From NCBI GenBank assembly GCA_963743525.1, contig CAVUQH010000005.1, forward strand, positions 1-64,000: a stretch of 64,000 bases of DNA, in the 5' to 3' direction. Origin of the DNA: an uncultured delta proteobacterium. Its GTDB lineage: Bacteria; Myxococcota_A; Polyangia; Haliangiales; Haliangiaceae. A program made the translations under genes and the position numbers. Shown one piece after another: positions 22,404 through 43,024 of the stretch; within the stretch, counting starts at the first letter, position 1; the number at the start of each line of letters is the position of its first letter. The notes under the pieces were generated by a model. It was not told where the DNA came from. It did no database searches and worked only from the letters and a program-made list of their open reading frames with translations.

Positions 22404-24752
22404 CTAGTGCGTGGTCGGCTTGGCTTCGGCGGTCAGCGAGTGGCCGCTGCCGTTGCCGTTGCCATTGCCGTTGCCGCTGGCGTGGCCGTTGCCGTTGCCG
22501 TTGCCGCTCTGGCGCGTGGGCGTCTCATCGCCCTTCTTGTTCTTGCGCGCCAGCTTGGCCATCTTGCGCGCGGCGCGGTTGGCCTTGTCCGCGGCCTTCT
22601 CGGCCTTCTCGGCGGCGGCCTCGATCTTGGCGGCGACCTCTTCGTCAGCCTTCTTCTGCGCCGACCCGTTGCCGGTGTCCTTGGACTCGGCCTTGCGCGC
22701 AGCCTCCTCGGCCTCGCGCTCCTCGCGGCGCTTCTGCCGCAGCCGCTTGAGTCCGCCGGTCATGACCTCGGCGATCAGCTCGTCGTAGGTCATCCCCGCA
22801 GCCTTGGAGATCAGGATCAGATCGGAGTAGTCCGGCGTCAGCCCCGGCAGCGGGTTGACCTCGAGCACGTAGACCTGGCCGTCGGCGCCCATGCGCAGAT
22901 CGACGCGGGCGACGTCGCGGCAGTCGAGTGCCCAGAAGGTGGCCCGCGCGATCTTCTCGATCGCCTTGAGCGCAGCCGGCGCCAGCTTGGCCGGGCACTC
23001 GTAGCGGACGTGCTTCTCCCACTCCTGCTTGACCTTGTAGTCGTAGACCGGCCGCTCGATGTCCTCGTTGACCCAGAGGATCTCCATCGGCGGCAAGACG
23101 CGCGGGCGCTTGTCGCCGAGCAGGCCGACGGTGAACTCGCGGCCGGAGATGTACTCCTCGATCAGCGCCGGCTGGCGGTACGTCTCGATGAGCAGCTTGA
23201 CCGCGACCCGCAGCTCGTCCTCGTTGTCGACCACGTTGGCCGAGCCGATGCCCTTGGACGAGCCCTCGGCGTTGGGCTTCACGATCAGCGGGAACTCGAG
23301 GTCGGTGTTCAGCCGCTCGCGCCCGGTCTCCATCACCTGGAACTTGGGCGTGAGGATGTCGTGCTGCATCAAGACCTTCTTGCACAGGGCCTTGTCCAGC
23401 GCGATCGCCAGGGTCGCCGAGTCCGATCCGGTGTAGGGGATGCCGAGCAGCTCGCACAGCGCCGGCACCTGGGCCTCGCGGTTGCGGCCCTCGACGCCCT
23501 CGGCGATGTTGAAGATCAGGTCGACCTCGGCCTCGGCCAGCACCCGCGGCAGGTCGGGGGTGGCCTCGAGGTGGACGACGATGTGACCTTGCCGCGCGAG
23601 CGCGTTGGAGATCGCGATGATCGTCTCGGGCGGATCCCACTCGGCGTGTTGATCGCTGTCCGGCTCGACCACCTCTTCGCGCTTCACGTTGTAGGTGAAG
23701 CCGACGCGGATCGGCTGGGTGCGCGCGCGGCGGCGCAGCCCCAGCTCGCGCGCGGTGGCGACGTTGGCGCGGATGGCCGCCGCGTTGAGGATGGCGTTGA
23801 TGGTCGCCTTGAAGGTCAGCCCCAGCTGCGAGGTCGACACGAAGATCGACGAGCTCGACGACAGCGAGGGCAGGGCGTTGGCCTCGAGCAGGTAGATGCG
23901 CCCGTCCTCGGCCACGCGGAAGTCGATGCGGGCCAGGTCGCGGAGGCCCAGGGTGCGGATGACTTCGTGGGAGATGGCGCGCAGCCGAGCGGCCACGTCG
24001 CGGGGAATCTGCGCCGGGCAGCGCATCTGCACCGAGCCGGTGTCGACGTTCTTGAGCCGGAAGTCGTAGACGTTGAACTGGTGGCTGCGCACGGTTGGGT
24101 CGACCATGTGCTCGACCGGCATGAGCAGGCCCTGGTCGTGGCCGATGCCATCGACGTAGCCGACGGTTACGTCCATCCCCTCGACGTACTCCTCGACCAA
24201 TACGCCCTCGGGATAAGCCCGGGTGGCGGTCTTGAGCACCTGCACCAGATCCTTGGCGTCCTTGACCACCGAGTCCTCGGCAATGCCCTTGGACGAGCCC
24301 TCGTAGTTGGGCTTGACGATGACGGGGAAGGCCAGGCCGGGACCGCGCTCGGCAATCTCCTGCAGCTCGTCGGCGCGCACCAACCGCGCCCGCGGGGTGT
24401 CGATGCCGTTGCGCATCACGACCAGCTTGGTCAGCCACTTGTCGAGCGTGACCGCCATCGTGTACGCGTCGCTGCCGGTGTACGGAACGTCGAGCTCCTC
24501 GAACAGCGCCGGGTAGAAGGCTTCGCGCATGCGGCCTCCGCGCCCCTCGGCGGTGTTGAAGATGATGTCGGGATCGATGGATTCGAGCCGCTCGAGCAAG
24601 TTGCTCGCGGGGCCCGACACCTCGACCTTCTCGACTTCATGACCGGCGGATTCGATCGCTGCAGCAATAGCGGCGACCGTCTCGGCGCTGTCGAACTCCG
24701 CCTCTTCTTCGGAGTCCGACAAGCGCAGGTTGTGCGTGAACGCGACCTTCAT
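22404..24752 (-). CDS. Tandem D-Ala-D-Ala-ligase-like ATP-grasp protein (two domains + charged tail)
   Basis: Two copies of FNxAEG..PYTGSD..LDK..VKPNxEGSSKGI..LEx(A/V)N(A/P)LP. Confidence 0.88.
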   Translation of the reverse strand: MKVAFTHNLRLSDSEEEAEFDSAETVAAIAAAIESAGHEVEKVEVSGPASNLLERLESIDPDIIFNTAEGRGGRMREAFYPALFEELDVPYTGSDAYTMAVTLDKWLTKLVVMRNGIDTPRARLVRADELQEIAERGPGLAFPVIVKPNYEGSSKGIAEDSVVKDAKDLVQVLKTATRAYPEGVLVEEYVEGMDVTVGYVDGIGHDQGLLMPVEHMVDPTVRSHQFNVYDFRLKNVDTGSVQMRCPAQIPRDVAARLRAISHEVIRTLGLRDLARIDFRVAEDGRIYLLEANALPSLSSSSSIFVSTSQLGLTFKATINAILNAAAIRANVATARELGLRRRARTQPIRVGFTYNVKREEVVEPDSDQHAEWDPPETIIAISNALARQGHIVVHLEATPDLPRVLAEAEVDLIFNIAEGVEGRNREAQVPALCELLGIPYTGSDSATLAIALDKALCKKVLMQHDILTPKFQVMETGRERLNTDLEFPLIVKPNAEGSSKGIGSANVVDNEDELRVAVKLLIETYRQPALIEEYISGREFTVGLLGDKRPRVLPPMEILWVNEDIERPVYDYKVKQEWEKHVRYECPAKLAPAALKAIEKIARATFWALDCRDVARVDLRMGADGQVYVLEVNPLPGLTPDYSDLILISKAAGMTYDELIAEVMTGGLKRLRQKRREEREAEEAARKAESKDTGNGSAQKKADEEVAAKIEAAAEKAEKAADKANRAARKMAKLARKNKKGDETPTRQSGNGNGNGHASGNGNGNGNGSGHSLTAEAKPTTH
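22441..22508 (-). repeat. 6-bp tandem repeat encoding a (GN)n tail
   Basis: (GCCGTT)n on the + strand; GNGNGNGHASGNGNGNGNGSG. Confidence 0.85.
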
Positions 24753-24883
24753 GCGTGCCTTATTCCTAGCAAAGCGGTGTGACACCCTCTAAGTCAAGCA
24801 AAACGAACATGAAGATCTCCGGTGCGACGGCGCGCGCGCGCGCCCGCGCGTGTGTCAGCGCGTCGTGGTACACCCACTTCGGC

Positions 24884-25288
24884 ATGGCTGGTACGCAGGT
24901 CTTCGACGTCAAGACGACCACTCGCACAGAGATGATCGACATCACCCGGTTGGTGCGCGACGCGATTCGCGCCAGCGGCGTGGGCGAGGGCATCGCATGC
25001 ATCTACTGCCCGCACACCACCGCCGGTATCACGCTGCAGGAGAACACCAACCCGAGCGTGAAGCGCGACGTGATGACTCACCTCGGGGTGATGATCCCCA
25101 AGGACGGCGGCTACGCGCACCAAGAGGACAACACCGACGCGCACATCAAGAGCAGCGTGGTCGGCGCCTCGATCACCCTCATCGTCGAGAGCGGCCGGCC
25201 GCTGCTCGGTCACTGGCAGGCGATGTTCTTCTGCGAGTTCGACGGTCCGCGCAGTCGCCGCCTGCACGTCCGCGTGGTCCCCGGTTAG
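24884..25288 (+). CDS. yjbQ: YjbQ family (UPF0047) protein
   Basis: PHTTAGITLQEN, HQEDNTDAHIK, WQAMFFCEFDGPR. Confidence 0.9.
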   Translation: MAGTQVFDVKTTTRTEMIDITRLVRDAIRASGVGEGIACIYCPHTTAGITLQENTNPSVKRDVMTHLGVMIPKDGGYAHQEDNTDAHIKSSVVGASITLIVESGRPLLGHWQAMFFCEFDGPRSRRLHVRVVPG

Positions 25289-25361
25289 GCAACAACGTCG
25301 CGGAATGATTGCCGGCACGGCGGGCAAACCGGAGGCGCGTCCCGGGCGTCTATATAGAGGT

Positions 25362-26606
25362 ATGCGCCGTAGCTCGCTCTGTGCCGGTCTTGCCGCTCTG
25401 ACTCTTGCCGCCTGCGCGCCGGCCCCTCGTCCGGCGCCCGCGCACCCGACGCCGCCGGCCGCGGCAGCCGCTGACACCAAGCCGACCCACAAGTCGCCGC
25501 CCGAGATCGACCTCGAGCCGCTGCGCATCCGCGTCGTCACCGGACCCGGGGGCGAGCAGACGCTGGAGCATTACGACGCGCGCATGCTGCTCGACCGCGG
25601 CAACCAGGCCCTGGCCGAGGGCCGGTGGGACGACGCGCTGCGCATCTACGACCAGCTGGTCGCCGAGTTCCCCCACGCTTCGGTCCTGCCGCTGGCCCAC
25701 TTCAATGCCGCCCAGGCGCTGGAGGGAAAGCGGCAGTGGGACCAGGCGATCGCCCGCTACCGGCTGGTCATCTCCAGCGGTGCCGAGCCGCGCGACGCCA
25801 CCGACGCCGCTGTGCGCATCGGCGTGATCCAGAGCGAGCTCGAGCGCTGGGGCGACGCCGCGGCGCAGTTCGAGTCGCTGCTCGCGCGCACCGACCTGGA
25901 GCCGGGGGATCGGATCGAGGCGATGGCCCGGCTCGGCTACGTGCTGGTCGAGCAGAAGGCGTACGTCCGCGCCGAGAAGGTGCTGTCGGAAGCGGTCTCC
26001 TACTATTCGCGGGTGGCGCAGACCCGCGAGCTGGAGACCAACTACTACGTGGCGATGGCCTACTACTACCTGGCCAACATTCCCCACCGCCAGGCGCGCG
26101 AGGTGCCGCTGCGCGTGACCTCGACCAAGGACGAGCAGCTGCACAAGGACCTGGAGGCCAAGCGCAAGCTGCTGGTGCTGGCCTATGACCGCTACGTGGT
26201 CGCGCTGCAGCGGCGCAACCCGTACTGGGCGACCGCGGCCGGCTATCAGATGTCGCAGATGTTCAAAGACTTCTGGGACGACGTCGTGACCGCGCCGCTG
26301 CCGGCCAACCTGTCGGCGCGCGAGGCCGGCTTCTACAAGCGGGCGCTGCACGACTACGTGCGCGACTATCTGGAGAAGGCCATGTACGGCCACACCAAGA
26401 ACGTCGAGCTGGCCCAGGCCTACCGAACATCGACCGAGTGGAGTCGGGCGTCGGAGGTGCGCGCCAAACAGATTGCCGAGATCTTGTCGCGCGAAGGGCG
26501 GGGCGAGCTGGTCGTGCCCGACGCCGCCGAGCCCGAGCGCGAGCCGGCCCGCGACGCCGCGCGCCCGGCGGCCTCCGACTACGTGCCGGCGCGGGCCCAG
26601 CTCTAG
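25362..26606 (+). CDS. TPR-repeat lipoprotein
   Basis: Lipobox LAAC; repeated TPR-like helices. Confidence 0.8.
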   Translation: MRRSSLCAGLAALTLAACAPAPRPAPAHPTPPAAAAADTKPTHKSPPEIDLEPLRIRVVTGPGGEQTLEHYDARMLLDRGNQALAEGRWDDALRIYDQLVAEFPHASVLPLAHFNAAQALEGKRQWDQAIARYRLVISSGAEPRDATDAAVRIGVIQSELERWGDAAAQFESLLARTDLEPGDRIEAMARLGYVLVEQKAYVRAEKVLSEAVSYYSRVAQTRELETNYYVAMAYYYLANIPHRQAREVPLRVTSTKDEQLHKDLEAKRKLLVLAYDRYVVALQRRNPYWATAAGYQMSQMFKDFWDDVVTAPLPANLSAREAGFYKRALHDYVRDYLEKAMYGHTKNVELAQAYRTSTEWSRASEVRAKQIAEILSREGRGELVVPDAAEPEREPARDAARPAASDYVPARAQL

Positions 26607-27184
26607 GCGGCGAGCCCGGCCAGCAACAGGCGGGCGGCGCGGGCGACCTGGTCGACCACGGCGGCCTGGCTGTGCAGGCCGGCGGCCCAGCCGACCAGCC
26701 CGGCGAACCACAGCTGCTGCAACAAGATCGAGAGGGTCAGCTCGCGCTCGTTTGGCGGGGCGTCCGTGGTGGCGCCGCGCATGGCACCGACGAGGAGTCG
26801 GTTGATGCGCCCCTGGTAGGCGACCACGTGCCTGGCCACCTCGGGTTGGCCGGACGCCATCGCGCGCAACACGGCCCGGGCGTAGTCGGGCCGTCGGCAC
26901 AACGCCCGGGTCACGGTCTCGAAGAAGGAGCGCAGCCGCTCCTCGATGGTGTCGCCGCGCGGCGGGTTCTTGTCCAGCCGAAGCTCCAGCCGGGCGGCGT
27001 CCCAATCCAGGGCCGCCGACAGGATGTCCTCCTTGCTACGGAAGTACTTATATAGAGTGCCCAGCGCGACGTTGGCGCGGGCGGCGACATCGCGCTGGCG
27101 GACGTTGTCGTAGCCGCCCTCCTCGGCGAGCGCGATGGCCACGTCGGTGATGCGCTCGGCGATGTCCTTCTCCGACTTCGTCAC
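26603..27184 (-). CDS. TetR/AcrR family regulator
   Basis: EGGYDNVRQRDVAARANVALGTLYKYFRSKEDI; GTG start after AGAGGG. Confidence 0.92.
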   Translation of the reverse strand: MTKSEKDIAERITDVAIALAEEGGYDNVRQRDVAARANVALGTLYKYFRSKEDILSAALDWDAARLELRLDKNPPRGDTIEERLRSFFETVTRALCRRPDYARAVLRAMASGQPEVARHVVAYQGRINRLLVGAMRGATTDAPPNERELTLSILLQQLWFAGLVGWAAGLHSQAAVVDQVARAARLLLAGLAA

Positions 27185-27343
27185 CCCTCTATATAAGGTG
27201 AACCGGCGCCGGGCGTGGGGGCGCGCGACGCCGGAGCTGCGCTCGTCGCGTAACCCCGCGAGATCGGACAAAATGACGCGCTGCGGCTAGTATTAACGGG
27301 GACGACATCTCCTGGAAACATTCGGCTGTTACCTCTTGGACAC

Positions 27344-28648
<1,305 letters not shown>

Positions 28649-28736
28649 CCCCGGAACGGCCGATCCGGGGCCAATCTGGCCTCTGCGAGCGCTCGGTCAG
28701 GTGCCGGGCGCTCGGTCGTTTCGGCGTCGATCCGGG

Positions 28737-28765
28737 TTGACTACGGCGATCGCGGAAGCTATATC
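28737..28765 (+). promoter_or_regulatory. Sigma70-type promoter of the tRNA-tuf operon
   Basis: TTGACT-17 bp-TATATC, 13 bp before tRNA-Thr. Confidence 0.65.
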
Positions 28766-28778
28766 GCTTCGTGTTTTC

Positions 28779-28854
28779 GCTGGCGTAGCTCAACCGGTAG
28801 AGCATCTGATTTGTAATCAGAAGGTCGCGGGTTCGAGTCCCACCGCCAGCTCCA
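28779..28854 (+). tRNA. tRNA-Thr (TGT)
   Basis: Cloverleaf; anticodon loop TTTGTAA; ends in CCA. Confidence 0.96.
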
Positions 28855-28913
28855 AATTCCCGCTACCGAGGTTTCCATCACCACGACTTAGCGCCGAATC
28901 GTTCATCAGCTCC

Positions 28914-28996
<83 letters not shown>

Positions 28997-29009
28997 CCGT
29001 CAGCGGTCG

Positions 29010-29085
<76 letters not shown>

Positions 29086-29122
29086 AGAGATCCCCGAGAA
29101 ATTCGAATAGCCAACCGAATCT

Positions 29123-29197
29123 GCCCATGTGGCTCAGTGGTAGAGCACCTCCTTGGTAAGGAGGGGGTCGCCAGTTCAATTCTGGCCATGGGCTCCA
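29123..29197 (+). tRNA. tRNA-Thr (GGT)
   Basis: CTCCT-TGGTA-AGGAG; ends in CCA. Confidence 0.96.
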
Positions 29198-29263
29198 CGT
29201 CAACGAGTCGAATCGAACCAACCAAAAGCCGGTGGCGAGGCGCCACCCCGAGGGACCAGGACA

Positions 29264-30460
<1,197 letters not shown>

Positions 30461-30479
30461 CGAAAGACTGTAAGCTACC

Positions 30480-30521
30480 TCACGCCCTGGGCGCAACTGT
30501 GCCCAGGGCGTGATTTTTTTT
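30480..30521 (+). terminator. Rho-independent terminator after tuf
   Basis: TCACGCCCTGGGC..GCCCAGGGCGTGA followed by a T run. Confidence 0.9.
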
Positions 30522-30529
30522 CTTGTCGC

Positions 30530-30558
30530 TTGCACGCCTCGCGGAAAAGAGGTACACG
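30530..30558 (+). promoter_or_regulatory. Candidate sigma70 promoter for trpT-secE-nusG
   Basis: TTGCAC-17 bp-TACACG immediately after the terminator. Confidence 0.4.
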
Positions 30559-30688
30559 TCCGCTTCCGCGTCCAATCAGATTCCAGTTCTTTCGGGGCGT
30601 TCGCGCGGGCCCCAATCGTGCAGGAGGAAGCACGTTCGAGTAGAGACACGAGTCGAATCAAACGGCCTTACTGGCTGAATGACCCTGC

Positions 30689-30761
30689 AGGGACATAGCT
30701 CAACTGGTAGAGCATCCGTCTCCAAAGCGGAGGGTTGGGGGTTCAAGTCCCTCTGTCCCTG
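30689..30761 (+). tRNA. tRNA-Trp (CCA)
   Basis: AGGGACA/TGTCCCT acceptor; TCCGT-CTCCAAA-GCGGA; canonical position before secE. Confidence 0.95.
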
Positions 30762-30815
30762 CCCAACTCGAGCCCCATCAACACGGGGCTCGAACAGCGT
30801 TGGATCAAAATCGTC

Positions 30816-31187
30816 GTGGCGCAGGACAACGTACCCAACAAACCCGTCCACCTCTACTACCTCTGTGGTGGGGTCATCACCTTCTACCTGCTGCAATGGA
30901 CGGCAGAGTGGTTGTGGGGTTACTTCACGCGCACGCCGAGCGAGCTGTACATCACGCTGCTCTCGGCGATCGTCACTCTCGGCCTCTTCGTCTGGATGTA
31001 CCGCAACGAGCGGGTCTACGGAATGGCGACCGAGGTGGCGGCGGAACTGAAGAAGGTCTCTTGGCCCAACGCGAAGGAAACGCGCGCCGCAACCATCGTG
31101 GTCATCGTGATGACCATCATCTCTGCCACCATTCTGGGCGTTTTCGACCTGGTCTGGTCGCAGCTCACCAAGCTCATCTATGGATAG
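30816..31187 (+). CDS. secE: Preprotein translocase SecE
   Basis: ELKKVSWP motif plus TMs; synteny; start approximate. Confidence 0.92.
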   Translation: MAQDNVPNKPVHLYYLCGGVITFYLLQWTAEWLWGYFTRTPSELYITLLSAIVTLGLFVWMYRNERVYGMATEVAAELKKVSWPNAKETRAATIVVIVMTIISATILGVFDLVWSQLTKLIYG

Positions 31188-31248
31188 TGTCGGGGACAGC
31201 TTGGCGAAACGTTCGGGGAACAGCTTGGCCGATAGCGTGCAGGGCACA

Positions 31249-31848
31249 ATGAGCAACGACGAACCCAACAAGGACGCGACTCCCGCGGAGGCGAACGCCG
31301 AGGCGACCGGTACGTCCGGTAAGGACCTCAAGTGGTACGTCGTGCACACCTATTCGGGGCACGAGAACCGCGCGCGGCTCACTCTGCTCGAGCGGGTCAA
31401 GTCCGCCGGGCTGGACACCAGCTTCGGCGACGTCCTCATTCCCACGGAGAGTGTGATGGAGGTGGTCAAGGGCCAGCGCCGCACCTCCACCCGCAAGTTC
31501 TACCCCGGGTACATGTTCGTTCAGATGGCTCTGACCGAGCAGACGTTCCACCTGGTCAAGGGCACGCCCAAGATCACGGGATTCCTCGGCGGCCGGCATC
31601 CGACGCCGGTTCCCGAGCGCGAGATTTCCGGCATCCACTCGGCGATGACCGAGGGGAAGAGCAAGCCCAAGCCGAAGGTGGTCTTCGCGCAGGGCGACAA
31701 CGTCCGGGTGATCGACGGCCCGTTCGCCAACTTCTCGGCCACGGTCGAGGAGGTCAAGCCGGACAAGCAGAAGGTCAAGGTGCTCGTGTCGATCTTTGGT
31801 CGCGCGACGCCCGTTGAGCTCGATTTCACCCAGGTCGAGAAGGCGTAA
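31249..31848 (+). CDS. nusG: Transcription factor NusG
   Basis: [35 protein letters not shown]; alternative start at 31180. Confidence 0.97.
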   Translation: MSNDEPNKDATPAEANAEATGTSGKDLKWYVVHTYSGHENRARLTLLERVKSAGLDTSFGDVLIPTESVMEVVKGQRRTSTRKFYPGYMFVQMALTEQTFHLVKGTPKITGFLGGRHPTPVPEREISGIHSAMTEGKSKPKPKVVFAQGDNVRVIDGPFANFSATVEEVKPDKQKVKVLVSIFGRATPVELDFTQVEKA

Positions 31849-31853
31849 AGGTC

Positions 31854-32273
31854 ATGAAGAAGGTAGCAGCCCTCATCAAGCTCCAGGTCACCGCCGGCAA
31901 GGCCAACCCGTCGCCGCCGGTCGGCCCCGCCCTCGGCCAGCACGGCTTGAACATCATGCAGTTCTGCAAGGAGTTCAACGCCCGCACCCAGCAGCAGGGG
32001 GACCTGATCATCCCGGTGGTGATCACGGCCTACACCGACCGCAGCTTCACCTTCATCACCAAGACGCCGCCGGCGGCGGTGCTGCTGAAGAAGGCGGCCA
32101 AGCTGGACAAGGGCTCGGGCGAGCCCAACAAGGTCAAGGTCGGCCAGGTCAGCAAGGACCAGATCCGCGAGATCGCGGAGCTCAAGATGCCCGACCTCAA
32201 CACCACCGACGTCGAAGCGGCGATGCGCTCCATCGAGGGCACCGCCCGGTCGATGGGGCTCGAGGTCAGATAA
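31854..32273 (+). CDS. rplK: 50S ribosomal protein L11
   Basis: [18 protein letters not shown]. Confidence 0.98.
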   Translation: MKKVAALIKLQVTAGKANPSPPVGPALGQHGLNIMQFCKEFNARTQQQGDLIIPVVITAYTDRSFTFITKTPPAAVLLKKAAKLDKGSGEPNKVKVGQVSKDQIREIAELKMPDLNTTDVEAAMRSIEGTARSMGLEVR

Positions 32274-32309
32274 CTCAAAACCACGTCCGCTCCGGCGGCA
32301 ACCGTGACG

Positions 32310-32345
32310 GCTGGGAGCCCGCAGACACGGGCGCTCGTACCAGGA
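32310..32345 (+). promoter_or_regulatory. Candidate L1-binding autoregulatory RNA before rplA
   Basis: TGGGAG-CCCG..CGGG..TACCA hairpin with an internal loop in the rplK-rplA spacer. Confidence 0.5.
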
Positions 32346-32361
32346 CGCGCGAGGTGAACCC

Positions 32362-33072
<711 letters not shown>

Positions 33073-33079
33073 TAACCAA

Positions 33080-33165
33080 GGCAGCAGAGCAAGGCGCTCT
33101 GCCTGAGAAGCAGGCAGCACCGAGACGCTTCAATTGCCCGCCCGGCGGGTGGCCTGCGGAGGCAA
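33080..33165 (+). promoter_or_regulatory. L10 leader (rplJ autoregulatory RNA)
   Basis: CCTGAGAAGCAGG...GCTTCAAT...CCTGCGGAGG kink-turn-like pattern directly before rplJ. Confidence 0.65.
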
Positions 33166-33172
33166 GCAACCA

Positions 33173-33697
33173 ATGGACAGAACGCAAAAAGAACTAGTCA
33201 TCGGCGAGATCAAGGAGAGCTTCGCCGGCGTCACTAGCGTCGTCTTGGCCGACTATCGCGGACTCGATGTCCCGACCGTCACCGAGATGCGCCATGAGTT
33301 CGCCAAGGCGGGGTGCAGCTACCGGGTGCTCAAGAACACCCTGGTAAAGATCGCCATTCAGGGCACGGAGCTCGAGCCGATGTCGGCCTACCTAGCGGGG
33401 CCGACCGCGCTCATCTGGTCAACGGATTCGCCGTCGGCTCCGGCCAAGTTGGCGGTCAAGTACGCAAAAGAGCAGGAACACTTCGTCATCAAGGGCGGCT
33501 TCTTCGAGGGGTCGGCCATTGATCTGGCGGGTGTAACGCAGCTGTCGACCATGCCGGACAAGCCGGAGCTTCAGTCGACCCTGCTCATGACCTTCATCGC
33601 CGCACCGACTGATTTCGTTCGTCAGCTCGCCGCGGGTCCGCAGCAGTTCGTGTATCTGCTCGACGCCCGCAAGCGAGAGCTCGAAGCCCAGGGCTGA
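33173..33697 (+). CDS. rplJ: 50S ribosomal protein L10
   Basis: ADYRGL, VLKNTL, GPTAL; synteny. Confidence 0.96.
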   Translation: MDRTQKELVIGEIKESFAGVTSVVLADYRGLDVPTVTEMRHEFAKAGCSYRVLKNTLVKIAIQGTELEPMSAYLAGPTALIWSTDSPSAPAKLAVKYAKEQEHFVIKGGFFEGSAIDLAGVTQLSTMPDKPELQSTLLMTFIAAPTDFVRQLAAGPQQFVYLLDARKRELEAQG

Positions 33698-33760
33698 GCC
33701 CAGGGGAAACCCCAACCGTCACTCATTCAGCGAATCGCGCATACGTTCAGGAGAAAGAAA

Positions 33761-34138
33761 ATGGCAGAGCTTACTCAGGATCAGGTTGTCGAATACCTCA
33801 GCGGTCTCACGGTCATGCAGCTCGTCGAGCTGACCAAGGGCCTCGAGGACAAGTGGGGCGTCAAGGCGGCTCCGGCCGTGGTTGCCGGTGGTCCGGCTGC
33901 CCCGGCGGCCGAGGCGGCTGCCGAGCAGACCGAGTTCACCGTCGTGCTCAAGAGCTTCGGCGACAAGAAGATCCAGGTCATCAAGGCGGTCCGCGAGATC
34001 ACCGGCCTGGGCCTCAAGGAGGCCAAGGAGCTGGTCGAGGGCGCCCCCAAGGACGTCAAGGAGAACGTCTCCAAGGCCGAGGCCGAGGAGCTCTCCAAGA
34101 AGCTCAAGGAAGCGGGCGCAGACGTCGAGATCAAGTAA
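33761..34138 (+). CDS. rplL: 50S ribosomal protein L7/L12
   Basis: [24 protein letters not shown]. Confidence 0.98.
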   Translation: MAELTQDQVVEYLSGLTVMQLVELTKGLEDKWGVKAAPAVVAGGPAAPAAEAAAEQTEFTVVLKSFGDKKIQVIKAVREITGLGLKEAKELVEGAPKDVKENVSKAEAEELSKKLKEAGADVEIK

Positions 34139-34349
34139 AGAGTCGGAGCAGATTCCGATCTTCGCTCCAGCGTACACGTTCCATCGCGACGGCGTTTCCA
34201 CGCCGAACGGGGGACGTGTGCGCGGAGCTGAGATGGGCCCAAGGCCTATCGATAGGCTCGTCCGCTCGAGCACGGACTTGTCGCGCGGCCCGGCATTGGG
34301 AGAGGTGCATCCTCTCCCTTCACCCATTTCTCAGAGGTGAGCTGAACTC

Positions 34350-38567
<4,218 letters not shown>

Positions 38568-38627
38568 GCGTCGCCTTCCGGGTAGTCAGAAGGACTCGCT
38601 CACAACGCAGAGCTATAGGGAGTCAAC

Positions 38628-42815
<4,188 letters not shown>

Positions 42816-42837
42816 CGCCTACATGTCGCTATGAGCG

Positions 42838-42872
42838 AAAGGCCCGGGGTGACACGCCCTGGGCCTTTTTTT
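42838..42872 (+). terminator. Rho-independent terminator after rpoC
   Basis: AAAGGCCCGGGG..CCCTGGGCC followed by a T7 run. Confidence 0.9.
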
Positions 42873-43024
42873 CGTTTCGCACCGGACGGCTCCCGTCGTG
42901 ACCAGCACCACTCGGACGTAACCTCGCGTCGCCGTCGCGGGTATGACACACAGGGGCGCTTCCTTGACGATTGGCCAAACGCACGGGAAAATCTCCACAT
43001 GACGGGACGTTGGGGAGCCTGCGT

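Noticed and set aside
29153..29263. N-terminal extension of EF-Tu in the ORF track
   Set aside because: It overlaps tRNA-Thr; the true start is ATG 29264, matching copy 2.
31190..31232. Short imperfect direct repeat TCGGGGA(A)CAGCTTGGC between secE and nusG
   Set aside because: Only two copies; likely a local duplication with no supportable function.
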